In this document: piece after piece, positions 1-8,447 of the stretch
Numbering within the stretch: the first letter of the stretch is position 1
How the letters are laid out: every line of letters starts with the position of its first letter
DNA from: a virus
Lineage: Duplodnaviria > Caudoviricetes
DNA length: 29,380 bases
IMG/VR virus record: IMGVR_UViG_3300030376_000734
Location: 1 to 29,380 of that record
Reading direction: 5' to 3' (one strand)
Program-made: the position numbers and the translations under genes
Notes under the pieces: generated by a model
The model's input: only the letters and a program-made list of their open reading frames with translations
The model's database searches: none
Told to the model about the DNA's origin: nothing

Positions 1-720
1 AAGGTAGACGAAGAAAAACGTATGCTAGTTAGTCCTGCTTTAATACCTAACAAGCAGATATTTAGATATGATCCTAACACCGATTCAGATTACTATGTTT
101 TCTTTTCAAAAGCGACGGTAGCTAAAGCATCTGAATTATATTTAAAACATAACAATCACCATAAAGCTACTCACGAACACAACGAAAGAGTATCAGGAGT
201 TTTAACAGTTGAGAGCTGGATTAAAGAAGGCGATAGCGACAAGTCTAAGCTATACGGATTTGATTTGCCTAATGGAACTTGGTTTGTTAAAATGAAAATA
301 ACAAATGATGATCTATGGCAAAAGATAAAAGCAGGAGAATTAAAAGGATTATCAATAGAAGGATATTTTACTAATAAATTTGAGCAAATGCAAAAGAAAG
401 AATTTACGACAGAAGAAGTAAGAACTGCACTTAGAGAATTGTTAAGTGTTCAGAAGGTAGAGTTAGGATTAATTGATGATGTAAACAAAACATATAACGC
501 AATAAAAAAAGTTAAAGACAAAATGGATGATGATTTAGCTAAAGCAAAGCGTTCTGCAATTATAGGCGACACAGAAATACAGAATTTTAATAAATTAGTA
601 GGCGATGTTGAGAAAGCAGCAAAGGAATTAGGAATACCTGTAAGCGATATGAATTTACAAAAATTATCTAATGACATAAAAAGTTTCCAAAAAGACTTTA
701 ATACTGTAATAGAAGCATAA
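1..720 (+). CDS. Prohead protease, XkdF-like (5'-truncated at window edge), with variable C-terminal KELG domain, allele 1
   Basis: The frame is open from base 1 and matches the interior of 28006-28887. Motifs LVSPALIPNK, H..HN, VESW, GTWFVKMKI and GELKGLSIEG are typical of XkdF/S78-type phage proteases. Confidence 0.85.
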   Translation, partial: KVDEEKRMLVSPALIPNKQIFRYDPNTDSDYYVFFSKATVAKASELYLKHNNHHKATHEHNERVSGVLTVESWIKEGDSDKSKLYGFDLPNGTWFVKMKITNDDLWQKIKAGELKGLSIEGYFTNKFEQMQKKEFTTEEVRTALRELLSVQKVELGLIDDVNKTYNAIKKVKDKMDDDLAKAKRSAIIGDTEIQNFNKLVGDVEKAAKELGIPVSDMNLQKLSNDIKSFQKDFNTVIEA

Positions 721-733
721 AACATAAAATAAT

Positions 734-1099
734 ATGAAACCAACACCAGAACAAATACTAAGTGCTTTAAATAAAATGATAAGAGAAAGCAAAACTGAAC
801 TAAAAGCAGAAAAGGTTGAGTTGAATGCAGTTACAGATACAATAAAAAAAGCATCTAAAGTTGTAAGTCAAATAATGAAAAATGAAATGAATATTTTATC
901 TTTAGCTGATGATGCAGTAAGTAAAGCAGGTGAGTTAAATCAATATATTGCAAAATTTAAAGAATACGAACAAGCAGCAAAAGAATTAGGCGTTGATAAA
1001 GTTGCAAAAGAAGCATCTGAAGCAATTACACATTATACTGATAAAATAAAAAGAGCAGATAAAATGCTTTCACAAGTTAAATCAGCAATAAAAAGGTAA
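734..1099 (+). CDS. Head-locus protein: conserved 30-aa leader plus variable KELG helical domain, allele 1
   Basis: 121-aa ORF; first 90 nt identical to 28893-28982; the rest is unalignable except AAKELGV. Confidence 0.85.
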   Translation: MKPTPEQILSALNKMIRESKTELKAEKVELNAVTDTIKKASKVVSQIMKNEMNILSLADDAVSKAGELNQYIAKFKEYEQAAKELGVDKVAKEASEAITHYTDKIKRADKMLSQVKSAIKR

Positions 1100-1103
1100 A
1101 AAT

Positions 1104-1132
1104 CAAATAAATAAATAACTATTCTATTATAT
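1104..1132 (+). promoter_or_regulatory. Putative phage late promoter (CAAAT-N13-TTCTATTATAT)
   Basis: The motif recurs in intergenic DNA before structural genes at 3491, about 16624, about 18223, 27452 and 29311. Confidence 0.7.
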
Positions 1133-1145
1133 TAAAAAAGAACCT

Positions 1146-1826
1146 ATGGACTTAAAAGAACAAATATTAGTAGCACTTGGCTTAAACAAAGCTGAAGAAG
1201 AAATTAAACTTGAGTGGCAATCTAAAGGAGTTGATGGCACGATTTATGTATCTACCGCAGAGGTGTTAGAAAGCGGCTCAGACATAAGCGTTCTCACAGA
1301 GGACGGAACTACAATTCCAATGCCAATCGGAACTTATAAAACTGAAGATGGTGTAAGCTTTAGAGTTGAAGAAGAAGGTGTAGTTGCTGAAGTTATGGAA
1401 TCTGAAACCGAAGAAGAAGTTGAAGCTGATTACGAGGATAAAGAAGAAATGGCAGAAGAGGCAGATGTTGCTGATTGGCAAGGTATGGAGAAAAGAATCC
1501 AAAACCTAGAAGATGCAGTAGCTTCTCTAAAAGAAGAAAAAGTAGGTGGTGATGATGAAGTAGAGGAAATGGCAGAAGAAGTAGTAGAGCCACGTTCTAC
1601 AAGTCCTAAGACTATAACTACTAAAGAGGTGGTAGAATTTTCAGCAGAAGATGAAATAAAGAACTTAAAAGCTGAAAACGAAAAACTTAAAACGGAATTA
1701 GCAGAATCACCTGCTGACAGTCCTTTAAACACAAATAAATTTAGCTCGGAAAAGCCTGTTATATCTAAAAAAGAATATAATAAACTTTCTAAGCAAGAAA
1801 AGTTTTTACATAACTTATACAATTAA
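1146..1826 (+). CDS. Capsid scaffolding protein
   Basis: Very acidic 226-aa protein with a coiled-coil C-terminal half and a repeated EEMAEE motif; lies between protease locus and capsid gene. Confidence 0.75.
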   Translation: MDLKEQILVALGLNKAEEEIKLEWQSKGVDGTIYVSTAEVLESGSDISVLTEDGTTIPMPIGTYKTEDGVSFRVEEEGVVAEVMESETEEEVEADYEDKEEMAEEADVADWQGMEKRIQNLEDAVASLKEEKVGGDDEVEEMAEEVVEPRSTSPKTITTKEVVEFSAEDEIKNLKAENEKLKTELAESPADSPLNTNKFSSEKPVISKKEYNKLSKQEKFLHNLYN

Positions 1827-1853
1827 ATAATTAATAATTAAAAAAAGAAAAAA

Positions 1854-2762
1854 ATGGCAATAGATGCAACAGCAAGTAATTATGCAGGAAAAGCGGCAGG
1901 ATTTTATATTTCTGCGGCACTTCGTCAAGCAAACTCAATGGAGTTCTTGACAATGATTGAAAACATCAAGTACAAAAGTAATATTCAGAAAATGGCAAAT
2001 GCCAATATGATAAAAAACGCAAGTTGTAATTTTGATGAAAAAGGAACTTTAACATTAACAGAGGCAATTTTAACACCTAAGAACTTACAAATTAATACAG
2101 ATATTTGTAAAAAAAGTCTTTTAGAATCTTGGGAAGCTTTACAAATGAGAGCAGGTGCAGGCGCACCACCACCAGCATCTTTTGATGATTATGTAATGTC
2201 TTACTTAGGCGAAATTATTGCAAATGGTACTGAAACTTCTATATGGACAGGAAATGATGCAACAGATGGAGAGTTTACAGGATTTGTAGGTGGCGGTGTT
2301 GGACACTTAGTAACTGACGCAACAGTAGTTGATGTAGCAAAAGTAGGGGCTACTTTTTTAGCAACTAACATTATAGAAAACTTACAAAACTGTACAGCAG
2401 CTATCGCAACAACAGTTTATACAAAAGATGATTTATATATTTATATGAGTCCAAAATCTTACAGACTTTATATTTCAGCAATTTCTACAATGGGATATGT
2501 TAACGCATACTCAATGAACGGAGATTACGATGCAGTATTTGAAGGAATAAAATTGGCTGTCTGCAACGGAATGAAAGATGATGTTTTAGTGGCGGCAGAA
2601 AAATCAAATCTTTTCTTTGGGACTGATTTACTTTCAGATCAAACACGAATCTCTATGCTCGATATGGCTAACCTCGATGGTTCAGACAATATGAGAGTTG
2701 TAGCTAGATACTCAGGTGGTACGCAAGTTGGAATTGGAGCTGACACAGTATTAGTATCATAA
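1854..2762 (+). CDS. Major capsid protein
   Basis: 302 aa directly after the scaffold; IWTG..GEFTGF and FFGTDLLSD segments resemble Bacteroidota siphophage capsid proteins; followed by a hairpin. Confidence 0.8.
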   Translation: MAIDATASNYAGKAAGFYISAALRQANSMEFLTMIENIKYKSNIQKMANANMIKNASCNFDEKGTLTLTEAILTPKNLQINTDICKKSLLESWEALQMRAGAGAPPPASFDDYVMSYLGEIIANGTETSIWTGNDATDGEFTGFVGGGVGHLVTDATVVDVAKVGATFLATNIIENLQNCTAAIATTVYTKDDLYIYMSPKSYRLYISAISTMGYVNAYSMNGDYDAVFEGIKLAVCNGMKDDVLVAAEKSNLFFGTDLLSDQTRISMLDMANLDGSDNMRVVARYSGGTQVGIGADTVLVS

Positions 2763-2779
2763 TAAACTTAATTAATAGA

Positions 2780-2808
2780 AGCAGGGGTGTAAAAGCCCTT
2801 GCTCCTTT
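2780..2808 (+). terminator. Hairpin after capsid gene (weak or leaky terminator, or mRNA stabiliser)
   Basis: AGCAGGGG (2780-2787) pairs with CCCTTGCT (2796-2803); only a short CCTTT tail follows. Confidence 0.55.
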
Positions 2809-2829
2809 AACCTTAAAAAATATAAAAAT

Positions 2830-3426
2830 ATGAGTTGTACAGCATTAACAAAAGGTAGAGGGCTAACCTGTGATAGAGTACAGGGTGGAATTAAGTATGT
2901 TTATTTTGGAGTTTATGATGATTTTGACACTGACGCTACAACAGGTGAAGTTTTTGGAACAGGTATCAAAGTAGTGTCAGGAGAGGTTACAGATATTGAT
3001 ATGGGCGCAGGAACAGGTCTTAAAAGATATGCGACACCTATTGGAACATCATCACTAACTGAAACAATTACAGGTACTAGAGATACAGGAACTATTATGT
3101 ATGCTCCACAGCTTACATTAGTCCTTAACCAATTTACAAAAGAAGATCAGAACGAAATAAAACTTTTAGGAACTACTAAGGTTGTAGTATTTGCACAATT
3201 ATATCAACAATTATCAGGTAAAGATGTTATTGTATGTTTAGGTGCAAGAAATGGAATGTACTTAAATAGTGGTACAGAAGATAGTGGAACTGCTTGGGGA
3301 GATAGAAACGGCTACACATTAACCTTTGACGGAATGGAGGAAACTCCTGCTGCTATTGTAGCACCTTATGGTACAAATCCATTTGACAATGGCGACTTTA
3401 CTAATGTATCAGTAGATATAGATTAA
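2830..3426 (+). CDS. Major tail (tube) protein, probable
   Basis: 198-aa beta-rich protein with MSC..LTKGR...C....GGIK N-terminus and GTAWGDRNGYTLTF, a pattern I recognise from Bacteroidota phage structural genes next to the capsid gene. Confidence 0.6.
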   Translation: MSCTALTKGRGLTCDRVQGGIKYVYFGVYDDFDTDATTGEVFGTGIKVVSGEVTDIDMGAGTGLKRYATPIGTSSLTETITGTRDTGTIMYAPQLTLVLNQFTKEDQNEIKLLGTTKVVVFAQLYQQLSGKDVIVCLGARNGMYLNSGTEDSGTAWGDRNGYTLTFDGMEETPAAIVAPYGTNPFDNGDFTNVSVDID

Positions 3427-3456
3427 TCTTATTTTAGTTTTCATATATTCTTGATT

Positions 3457-3483
3457 AGAGGGCTTTATGCCCTCTTTTCTTTT
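3457..3483 (+). terminator. Intrinsic terminator
   Basis: Perfect stem AGAGGGC-TTTAT-GCCCTCT followed by TTTCTTTT. Confidence 0.85.
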
Positions 3484-3490
3484 AATAAGG

Positions 3491-3519
3491 CAAATAAAAA
3501 CTTGACTTTTCTATTATAT
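3491..3519 (+). promoter_or_regulatory. Putative phage late promoter
   Basis: CAAAT-N13-TTCTATTATAT immediately after a terminator and 6 nt before ATG 3526. Confidence 0.75.
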
Positions 3520-3525
3520 TAATAT

Positions 3526-4005
3526 ATGATACAAGCTACAACAGAAACAGCCTTTAATGCTTATATACAAACAGAGGATAACAGAATAAATACTGCTGTT
3601 GCTAAAACTCAAATTAGGCACTTAATGAAGTTCACTAATGATATGGATAAGTCAGTTCAATATGCTTATGGATCAGTGGAAATATTAAAAGATAGATATA
3701 CTGAGATTAGGTTTTTGTATAACACAACTCCTGATGTATTTACAGGAAAAACAAAACTAATACCATCAGGGTTTTACAAGTACGAATGCTATGAAGTCAG
3801 TTGGGTAGGCACTGTAAGGCTTTTAGCTGAAACAGCACCTGCAACAGAAACTCAAATATTAGAGCCTAGCGATGATAATGGGGTGGTTCAAGGCTTAGTA
3901 ACTAAGGGCAAGATGTATGTAGCAGATAAAGCAGGAACGGCACAAGTTCAATACACTCAAAGGCAAGAACCAAGTGGAACTAATTATATATATTACGGAC
4001 AATAA
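3526..4005 (+). CDS. Hypothetical virion protein
   Basis: 159-aa ORF at the head of a late operon. Confidence 0.7.
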   Translation: MIQATTETAFNAYIQTEDNRINTAVAKTQIRHLMKFTNDMDKSVQYAYGSVEILKDRYTEIRFLYNTTPDVFTGKTKLIPSGFYKYECYEVSWVGTVRLLAETAPATETQILEPSDDNGVVQGLVTKGKMYVADKAGTAQVQYTQRQEPSGTNYIYYGQ

Positions 4006-4017
4006 AAAATAAAAAAA

Positions 4018-4278
4018 ATGGCAATAGAAAATGTACAACAATTATTAACAGAGCAACTAGGGAAAAATGCAGGAACGGAAGTGTTTACAGGTGCAGTAAC
4101 AGGTAAAGATTTTTACGCTGTCTATTTTCCTGTTGAAAGCGCAGTAAGTGCAATAACGGCATCAGGAGTAACAAATGCAACAGCACTTCAAACGACGCTG
4201 CCTGCTGGAACAACCTTACTGATGGGAGTTCAGGCTATGACCTTAACGAGTGGAATAGCAATAGGATATAAAGAGTAA
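4018..4278 (+). CDS. Small hypothetical virion protein
   Basis: 86-aa Thr/Ala/Gly-rich ORF with an A-rich start context. Confidence 0.7.
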   Translation: MAIENVQQLLTEQLGKNAGTEVFTGAVTGKDFYAVYFPVESAVSAITASGVTNATALQTTLPAGTTLLMGVQAMTLTSGIAIGYKE

Positions 4279-4279
4279 T

Positions 4280-4951
4280 ATGAAACTAGGATTAGGTTTA
4301 AGTTTATCTTCAATAAGCCCTCAAGGGGTTTGGTCGCCTGATGATGAAGCTACTTTAGAAGCGTGGTATCAAAACGCTGTTGGAATAACTTTAGATGGCT
4401 CTAATGTAAGTCGGTGGAATGACAGCTCTTCTAATGGTCGTGATATGGTACAATTAACCGACACTGAACAACCTGCTTATTCTTCTGGAACTTTAACTTT
4501 TAATTCAGCAGAAACTCAAAACTTACAAACATCAGGACAAATTGAATTGTCAGGAGCATTTACCATAGGCATAAAAATGACACCTACTTCTTTCAGTAAT
4601 GTTGTTATAGCTGACAACACAGCTCCTAACGAATTTATGAAAATAACAAATTCTAGCACAATCAGAATTAAAATAGACACAGGTGTTGCTGATTTTAGTT
4701 TAGATAGTGGCACACTTGGTGATGATTATATAATGTTCACAAGAGATAGCTCAGATTTAATTACTTTGTATAAAAATGGAGTGGCACAAGCAGACACAGA
4801 AACAAAAGCAGGAACAGTAGATATAGATTGTATTGGCGTAAGAGAAACAGACAAAAACGCTTATAATGGGGATATTGAAGAAATACAAATATATAGTTCA
4901 TCAAGTGCTGCTTTAACAGCTAATGTAAACGATAGGCTATCTAGTATATAA
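4280..4951 (+). CDS. ConA/LamG-like beta-sandwich virion protein (possible head fibre or glycan-binding protein)
   Basis: LEAWY, VSRWNDSSSNG, ITLYKNG and YNGDIEEIQIY match the LamG-like pattern; MKLGLGLSL N-terminus. Confidence 0.6.
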   Translation: MKLGLGLSLSSISPQGVWSPDDEATLEAWYQNAVGITLDGSNVSRWNDSSSNGRDMVQLTDTEQPAYSSGTLTFNSAETQNLQTSGQIELSGAFTIGIKMTPTSFSNVVIADNTAPNEFMKITNSSTIRIKIDTGVADFSLDSGTLGDDYIMFTRDSSDLITLYKNGVAQADTETKAGTVDIDCIGVRETDKNAYNGDIEEIQIYSSSSAALTANVNDRLSSI

Positions 4952-4961
4952 AAACAAAATT

Positions 4962-6941
4962 ATGAAAGACAGATTAATTTCAGTAAATTTAGAAACAGCA
5001 ACTGCTCCAATAGTACAAGAGGTTAGGGGTCGTGATTATATAGAGTATGGAACAGAAGATTGGAGAAACTTATATCCTCAATTTCTTATTGACTTATACT
5101 ACAATTCATCAACACACGCTGCTATCATAAACGCAACTTCAGAAATGATTGCTGCTGAGGACTTAATAGTTTCAGATGAGGACACTAGCTTAGACGCTTA
5201 TGTTAAATTAAAGAAATTTCTAAGACACGCTAATTCTAAAGAGTCTTTGCACCAAGTGATTAAAAAAGTAGCATTTGATTTTAAGTTACAAGGAGCTTAT
5301 GCTTTGCACGTTGTATGGAATAGAGAGAGAACTGAAATAGCGGAAGTCTATCACGTTCCTGTTGAAAGAGTAAGAGCAGGACGACCAAACGAAATGGGCA
5401 AGGTAGACACTTATTTTATATCAGCAGATTGGAGTAATACTAGAACGCATAAACCTTATCCAATAGCAGCCTTTAATGTCAACGACAGGACTTCAGGTAG
5501 TCAGTTACTTTACACAGGCTCTTACAGCCCTAATATGGACTGCTATCATACACCTGACTATTTAGCTGCTTGTAATTGGGCTTTAGTAGATCAAAGAGTT
5601 GCTGAGTTTCATCTTAATAATATAGAGAACGGCTTTAGTGGTAGCTACTTCATCAGTTTCGCAAATGGAGTTCCTAGTGCGGAGGAGCGTAGGCAAGTAG
5701 AGCAAAGTTTAACAGATAAATTTACAGGAGCTAAAAACTCAGGAAAGTTTATATTAACCTTTTCAGATGATAAGACTAGAACACCTGAGATTACGCCTAT
5801 AAGCGTTTCTGACGCAGATAAACAATATTTAGCACTCCAAGAGCTTTTAGTTCAAAATATCCTCACAGGACATAGAGTAACAAGCCCTATGCTAATGGGT
5901 ATTAAAAACGACACAGGATTAGGATCAAATGTAGATGAGTTGAATGCAGCTTTTAATTTTTATCTCAATACAGTAATTATTCCGTTTCAGCTAAATATTA
6001 AAAATACATTACAAACTTTATTCTCAGTAAATGATATGGACTTGCCTGTGGAGTTTGTTCAGTTAAAACCAATTACACTTACGTTTACTTCTGAGGACTT
6101 AAAAGGAATTATGACGGAAGATGAACTAAGGGCAGAAATGGGATTAAAACCTTTAGATGTTGAAGTAAGAGAAGATTTCAGCAAAGTTGGAATGATTGAC
6201 GGAAAACCTGTTTTTAGCACCATAGAGGAGGCTGAGGCTCACGCAAAGACTTTAGGGTGTAGTGGGTATCACGAACACGAATATGAAGGCAGAACGGCTT
6301 ATATGGCTTGTGAAGGGCATACAGAGGCAACAGAGCTTTCTAAATTCATAGAAGAATTTGGCGAGGATATTCCAGAAGATTGGGAATTAATAGAAGAAGA
6401 AATAGTAGATGGGGAACACCAAGACTTTGACTTTGAGGAGGTTTTAAATGATGCTGCTAATGAAAAAATAGAGCTAGCTTCAACAGGTAGTCCAAAACCA
6501 GGAAGAAAATCAGAGCAAGATGGGATCTCTAAAAAGACTTATGATTATTTTAGAGTAAGATATGTTTACGAACAGGATAATTTCTTAGTAAATAAGTCAG
6601 GCACAAAAAGAAAGTTTTGCAGACAAATGATGGGTGCTAAAAAAATGTATCGTAAAGAGGACATTTTAGCTATGAGTAAAAAGGCAGTTAATCCTGGCTT
6701 TGGTATTAAAGGAGCAAGTAAATACTCAATTTGGCTCTACAAAGGAGGACCGCAATGTTTCCATTTTTGGACTAGGAGAATTTTCAAAACAGTAATAGGA
6801 GAATCTAGGACTACTAAAATAGAAGATGCTGATTTGATTGGCTACACTAAAGCAAGATCAGAAGGCTTTACAGCAAAGAAGAATGACAAATTGGTGGCAA
6901 TACCGCCTAGAAAAATGAAAAATAACGGATATTACAATTAA
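4962..6941 (+). CDS. Portal protein with long C-terminal extension
   Basis: YPQFLIDLYYNSSTHAAII, FHLNNIENGFS, KFTGAKNSGK, ILTGHRVTSPMLMGI and DELRAEMGL are portal-like; about 250 extra residues follow. Confidence 0.85.
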   Translation: MKDRLISVNLETATAPIVQEVRGRDYIEYGTEDWRNLYPQFLIDLYYNSSTHAAIINATSEMIAAEDLIVSDEDTSLDAYVKLKKFLRHANSKESLHQVIKKVAFDFKLQGAYALHVVWNRERTEIAEVYHVPVERVRAGRPNEMGKVDTYFISADWSNTRTHKPYPIAAFNVNDRTSGSQLLYTGSYSPNMDCYHTPDYLAACNWALVDQRVAEFHLNNIENGFSGSYFISFANGVPSAEERRQVEQSLTDKFTGAKNSGKFILTFSDDKTRTPEITPISVSDADKQYLALQELLVQNILTGHRVTSPMLMGIKNDTGLGSNVDELNAAFNFYLNTVIIPFQLNIKNTLQTLFSVNDMDLPVEFVQLKPITLTFTSEDLKGIMTEDELRAEMGLKPLDVEVREDFSKVGMIDGKPVFSTIEEAEAHAKTLGCSGYHEHEYEGRTAYMACEGHTEATELSKFIEEFGEDIPEDWELIEEEIVDGEHQDFDFEEVLNDAANEKIELASTGSPKPGRKSEQDGISKKTYDYFRVRYVYEQDNFLVNKSGTKRKFCRQMMGAKKMYRKEDILAMSKKAVNPGFGIKGASKYSIWLYKGGPQCFHFWTRRIFKTVIGESRTTKIEDADLIGYTKARSEGFTAKKNDKLVAIPPRKMKNNGYYN

Positions 6942-6943
6942 TT

Positions 6944-7504
6944 ATGGCATACGTTTTATTTATATCAGAAGCTAAATTAAAAGACAGCACAGCAGTTAAT
7001 CTAAATGTAGATGTGGATATATTACTTCCGTTTGTTCGTGAAGCACAGAAGCTCTATGTTGAAACAGCACTAGGAACGGATTTAACACAAAAACTAAAAG
7101 ATGAAATTATTGCAGGAACTTTAGCAGGGGCTTACAAGACTTTGGTAGATGATTACATTGGTGATATGTTGCCGGGATATAGTCTTTTTCACGCTCTTCC
7201 GTACCTGAGATTTCGTGTAGAAAATGGTGGAGTATTTACACACTCCTCAGAAACAGGAACTCCTGTAACAACAGAAGAAGCACAACACCTTAGAGAGGAG
7301 GTTTTAAACACAGCTAGTTACTATCGTGAAAGAATGATTGACTATATATGTAATAACACAAGTAGCTTTCCTGAATATTCTACAAATTCTGGTGCAGATG
7401 TCAGCCCTTCAACAGAAAACTACTATACAGGTATGAACCTTGACACTCCACCACAAGGAACTAAATTAACATTAAGAGATTTTTTAACACCTGATTTAAC
7501 TTAA
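6944..7504 (+). CDS. Head-tail connector/adaptor-like protein
   Basis: 186-aa helical protein directly after the portal (LFISEAKLK, AQKLYVETALGTDL, FPEY). Confidence 0.55.
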   Translation: MAYVLFISEAKLKDSTAVNLNVDVDILLPFVREAQKLYVETALGTDLTQKLKDEIIAGTLAGAYKTLVDDYIGDMLPGYSLFHALPYLRFRVENGGVFTHSSETGTPVTTEEAQHLREEVLNTASYYRERMIDYICNNTSSFPEYSTNSGADVSPSTENYYTGMNLDTPPQGTKLTLRDFLTPDLT

Positions 7505-7626
7505 TGAAAAAACATTATAAGCCAAAACAAATAAATATTACAAAGCTAAAATCCTACTTGGATAAAAAGCCAAAATTAAATAAAGATGACAGATCTAAAA
7601 GACACGCTACAAGTAGGAATAGCTAA
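7504..7626 (+). CDS. Small basic protein (40 aa, MKKHYKPKQINITKLKSYL...)
   Basis: Hand-translated; TAATG overlap with the upstream stop. Confidence 0.55.
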   Translation: MKKHYKPKQINITKLKSYLDKKPKLNKDDRSKRHATSRNS

Positions 7627-7741
7627 CGGCTCGGCAATTTCCTTATCTTTAGTAAGTGAGGTAAATGAGATACTAACGCTAGTTTCTTTAGTATTAGCAA
7701 TATGTTTCACTATTTATAAATTCATTAAATTCAGAAAATGA
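7586..7741 (+). CDS. Small membrane protein, holin-like (51 aa)
   Basis: MTDLKDTLQVGIANGSAISLSLVSEVNEILTLVSLVLAICFTIYKFIKFRK: hydrophobic segment with basic tail, upstream of the endolysin. Confidence 0.65.
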   Translation: MTDLKDTLQVGIANGSAISLSLVSEVNEILTLVSLVLAICFTIYKFIKFRK

Positions 7742-7866
7742 AACGACGTAAATTAAATAGTACAAATCCTAAGTATAACAAAACACAAGAAAGTGAAGTT
7801 AAAATGCGTAAAGAATTTGTTAAAGAGGTTAAAGGGTGTAAAATCTACAAATCATACTACTTATAA
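7738..7866 (+). CDS. Small basic protein (42 aa, MKRRKLNSTNPKY...)
   Basis: ATGA overlap with the previous gene; stop lies 1 nt before the likely endolysin start. Confidence 0.55.
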   Translation: MKRRKLNSTNPKYNKTQESEVKMRKEFVKEVKGCKIYKSYYL

Positions 7867-7867
7867 T

Positions 7868-8233
7868 TTGGAACTGAAATATTTTAAACTATCAGAATTT
7901 GATAGTCCTGATGAACCAGGTTCAGGTTCTAATATGGATAAAAAATTTCTTGAAAAACTAGATTATGCCAGACATAATGCAGGTGTTCCATTTAGAATAA
8001 ATAGTGGTTATAGAACTAAAAGGTGGAATGATAAAATCTTACAAGCAAGAATAGGCAGCTCACATAAAAAAGGGTTAGCAGTTGACATACATTGTATAGG
8101 AAGTCGCAACAGAGCTTTAATCATTAAATCTTTAATGGACGTTGGTATTAACAGAATAGGAATAGGTAAGACTTTTATACATTGTGACGTTGATAACATA
8201 AAAGACCAGGACGTTATATGGTTATATAATTAA
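7868..8233 (+). CDS. Endolysin, peptidase M15 family
   Basis: SGYR, SSH..GLAVDI and FIHCD zinc-peptidase motifs. Probable start is TTG 7868 (MELKYFKLSEF) rather than GTG 7793. Confidence 0.85.
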   Translation: MELKYFKLSEFDSPDEPGSGSNMDKKFLEKLDYARHNAGVPFRINSGYRTKRWNDKILQARIGSSHKKGLAVDIHCIGSRNRALIIKSLMDVGINRIGIGKTFIHCDVDNIKDQDVIWLYN

Positions 8234-8261
8234 AATAAATTTACTAATCAAAAAAAAAATT

Positions 8262-8447
8262 ATGAAAAATTACATTATTACACAACTTTTAACATCTAAG
8301 AAAGTTTGGCTAGGGATCAGCTCAATCGTAGTGCCATTAATTGCTTCAGCATTAGGAGCTGATGAAGATGCAGTATCTAAAGTATGGTGGAGTTTAATTG
8401 CTATGCTAGGTGGACAATCATTTGCAGATTTTGGAAAGTCCAAATAA
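8262..8447 (+). CDS. Holin-like membrane protein (61 aa)
   Basis: Two hydrophobic segments; directly after the endolysin. Confidence 0.6.
   Translation: MKNYIITQLLTSKKVWLGISSIVVPLIASALGADEDAVSKVWWSLIAMLGGQSFADFGKSK

Larger units (their letters stand above)
1..1173. repeat. Imperfect terminal direct repeat, copy 1 (matches 28150-29380)
   Basis: 1-480 aligns to 28150-28629 (about 55 mismatches by hand count, mostly synonymous); 734-823 is identical to 28893-28982; 1096-1173 is near-identical to 29303-29380. The intervening blocks do not align. Confidence 0.95.

Noticed and set aside
466-1099. Diversity-generating retroelement or invertase shufflon as the source of the variable tails
   Set aside because: No reverse transcriptase or site-specific recombinase recognised; variants differ in length and at all bases, not just adenines; no inverted cassettes.
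7793-7867. Track start of the endolysin (GTG 7793)
   Set aside because: It overlaps a coupled 42-aa ORF; TTG 7868 gives a more typical N-terminus. Similar over-extensions at 9618, 10694, 11260, 15799 and 16662 were trimmed.
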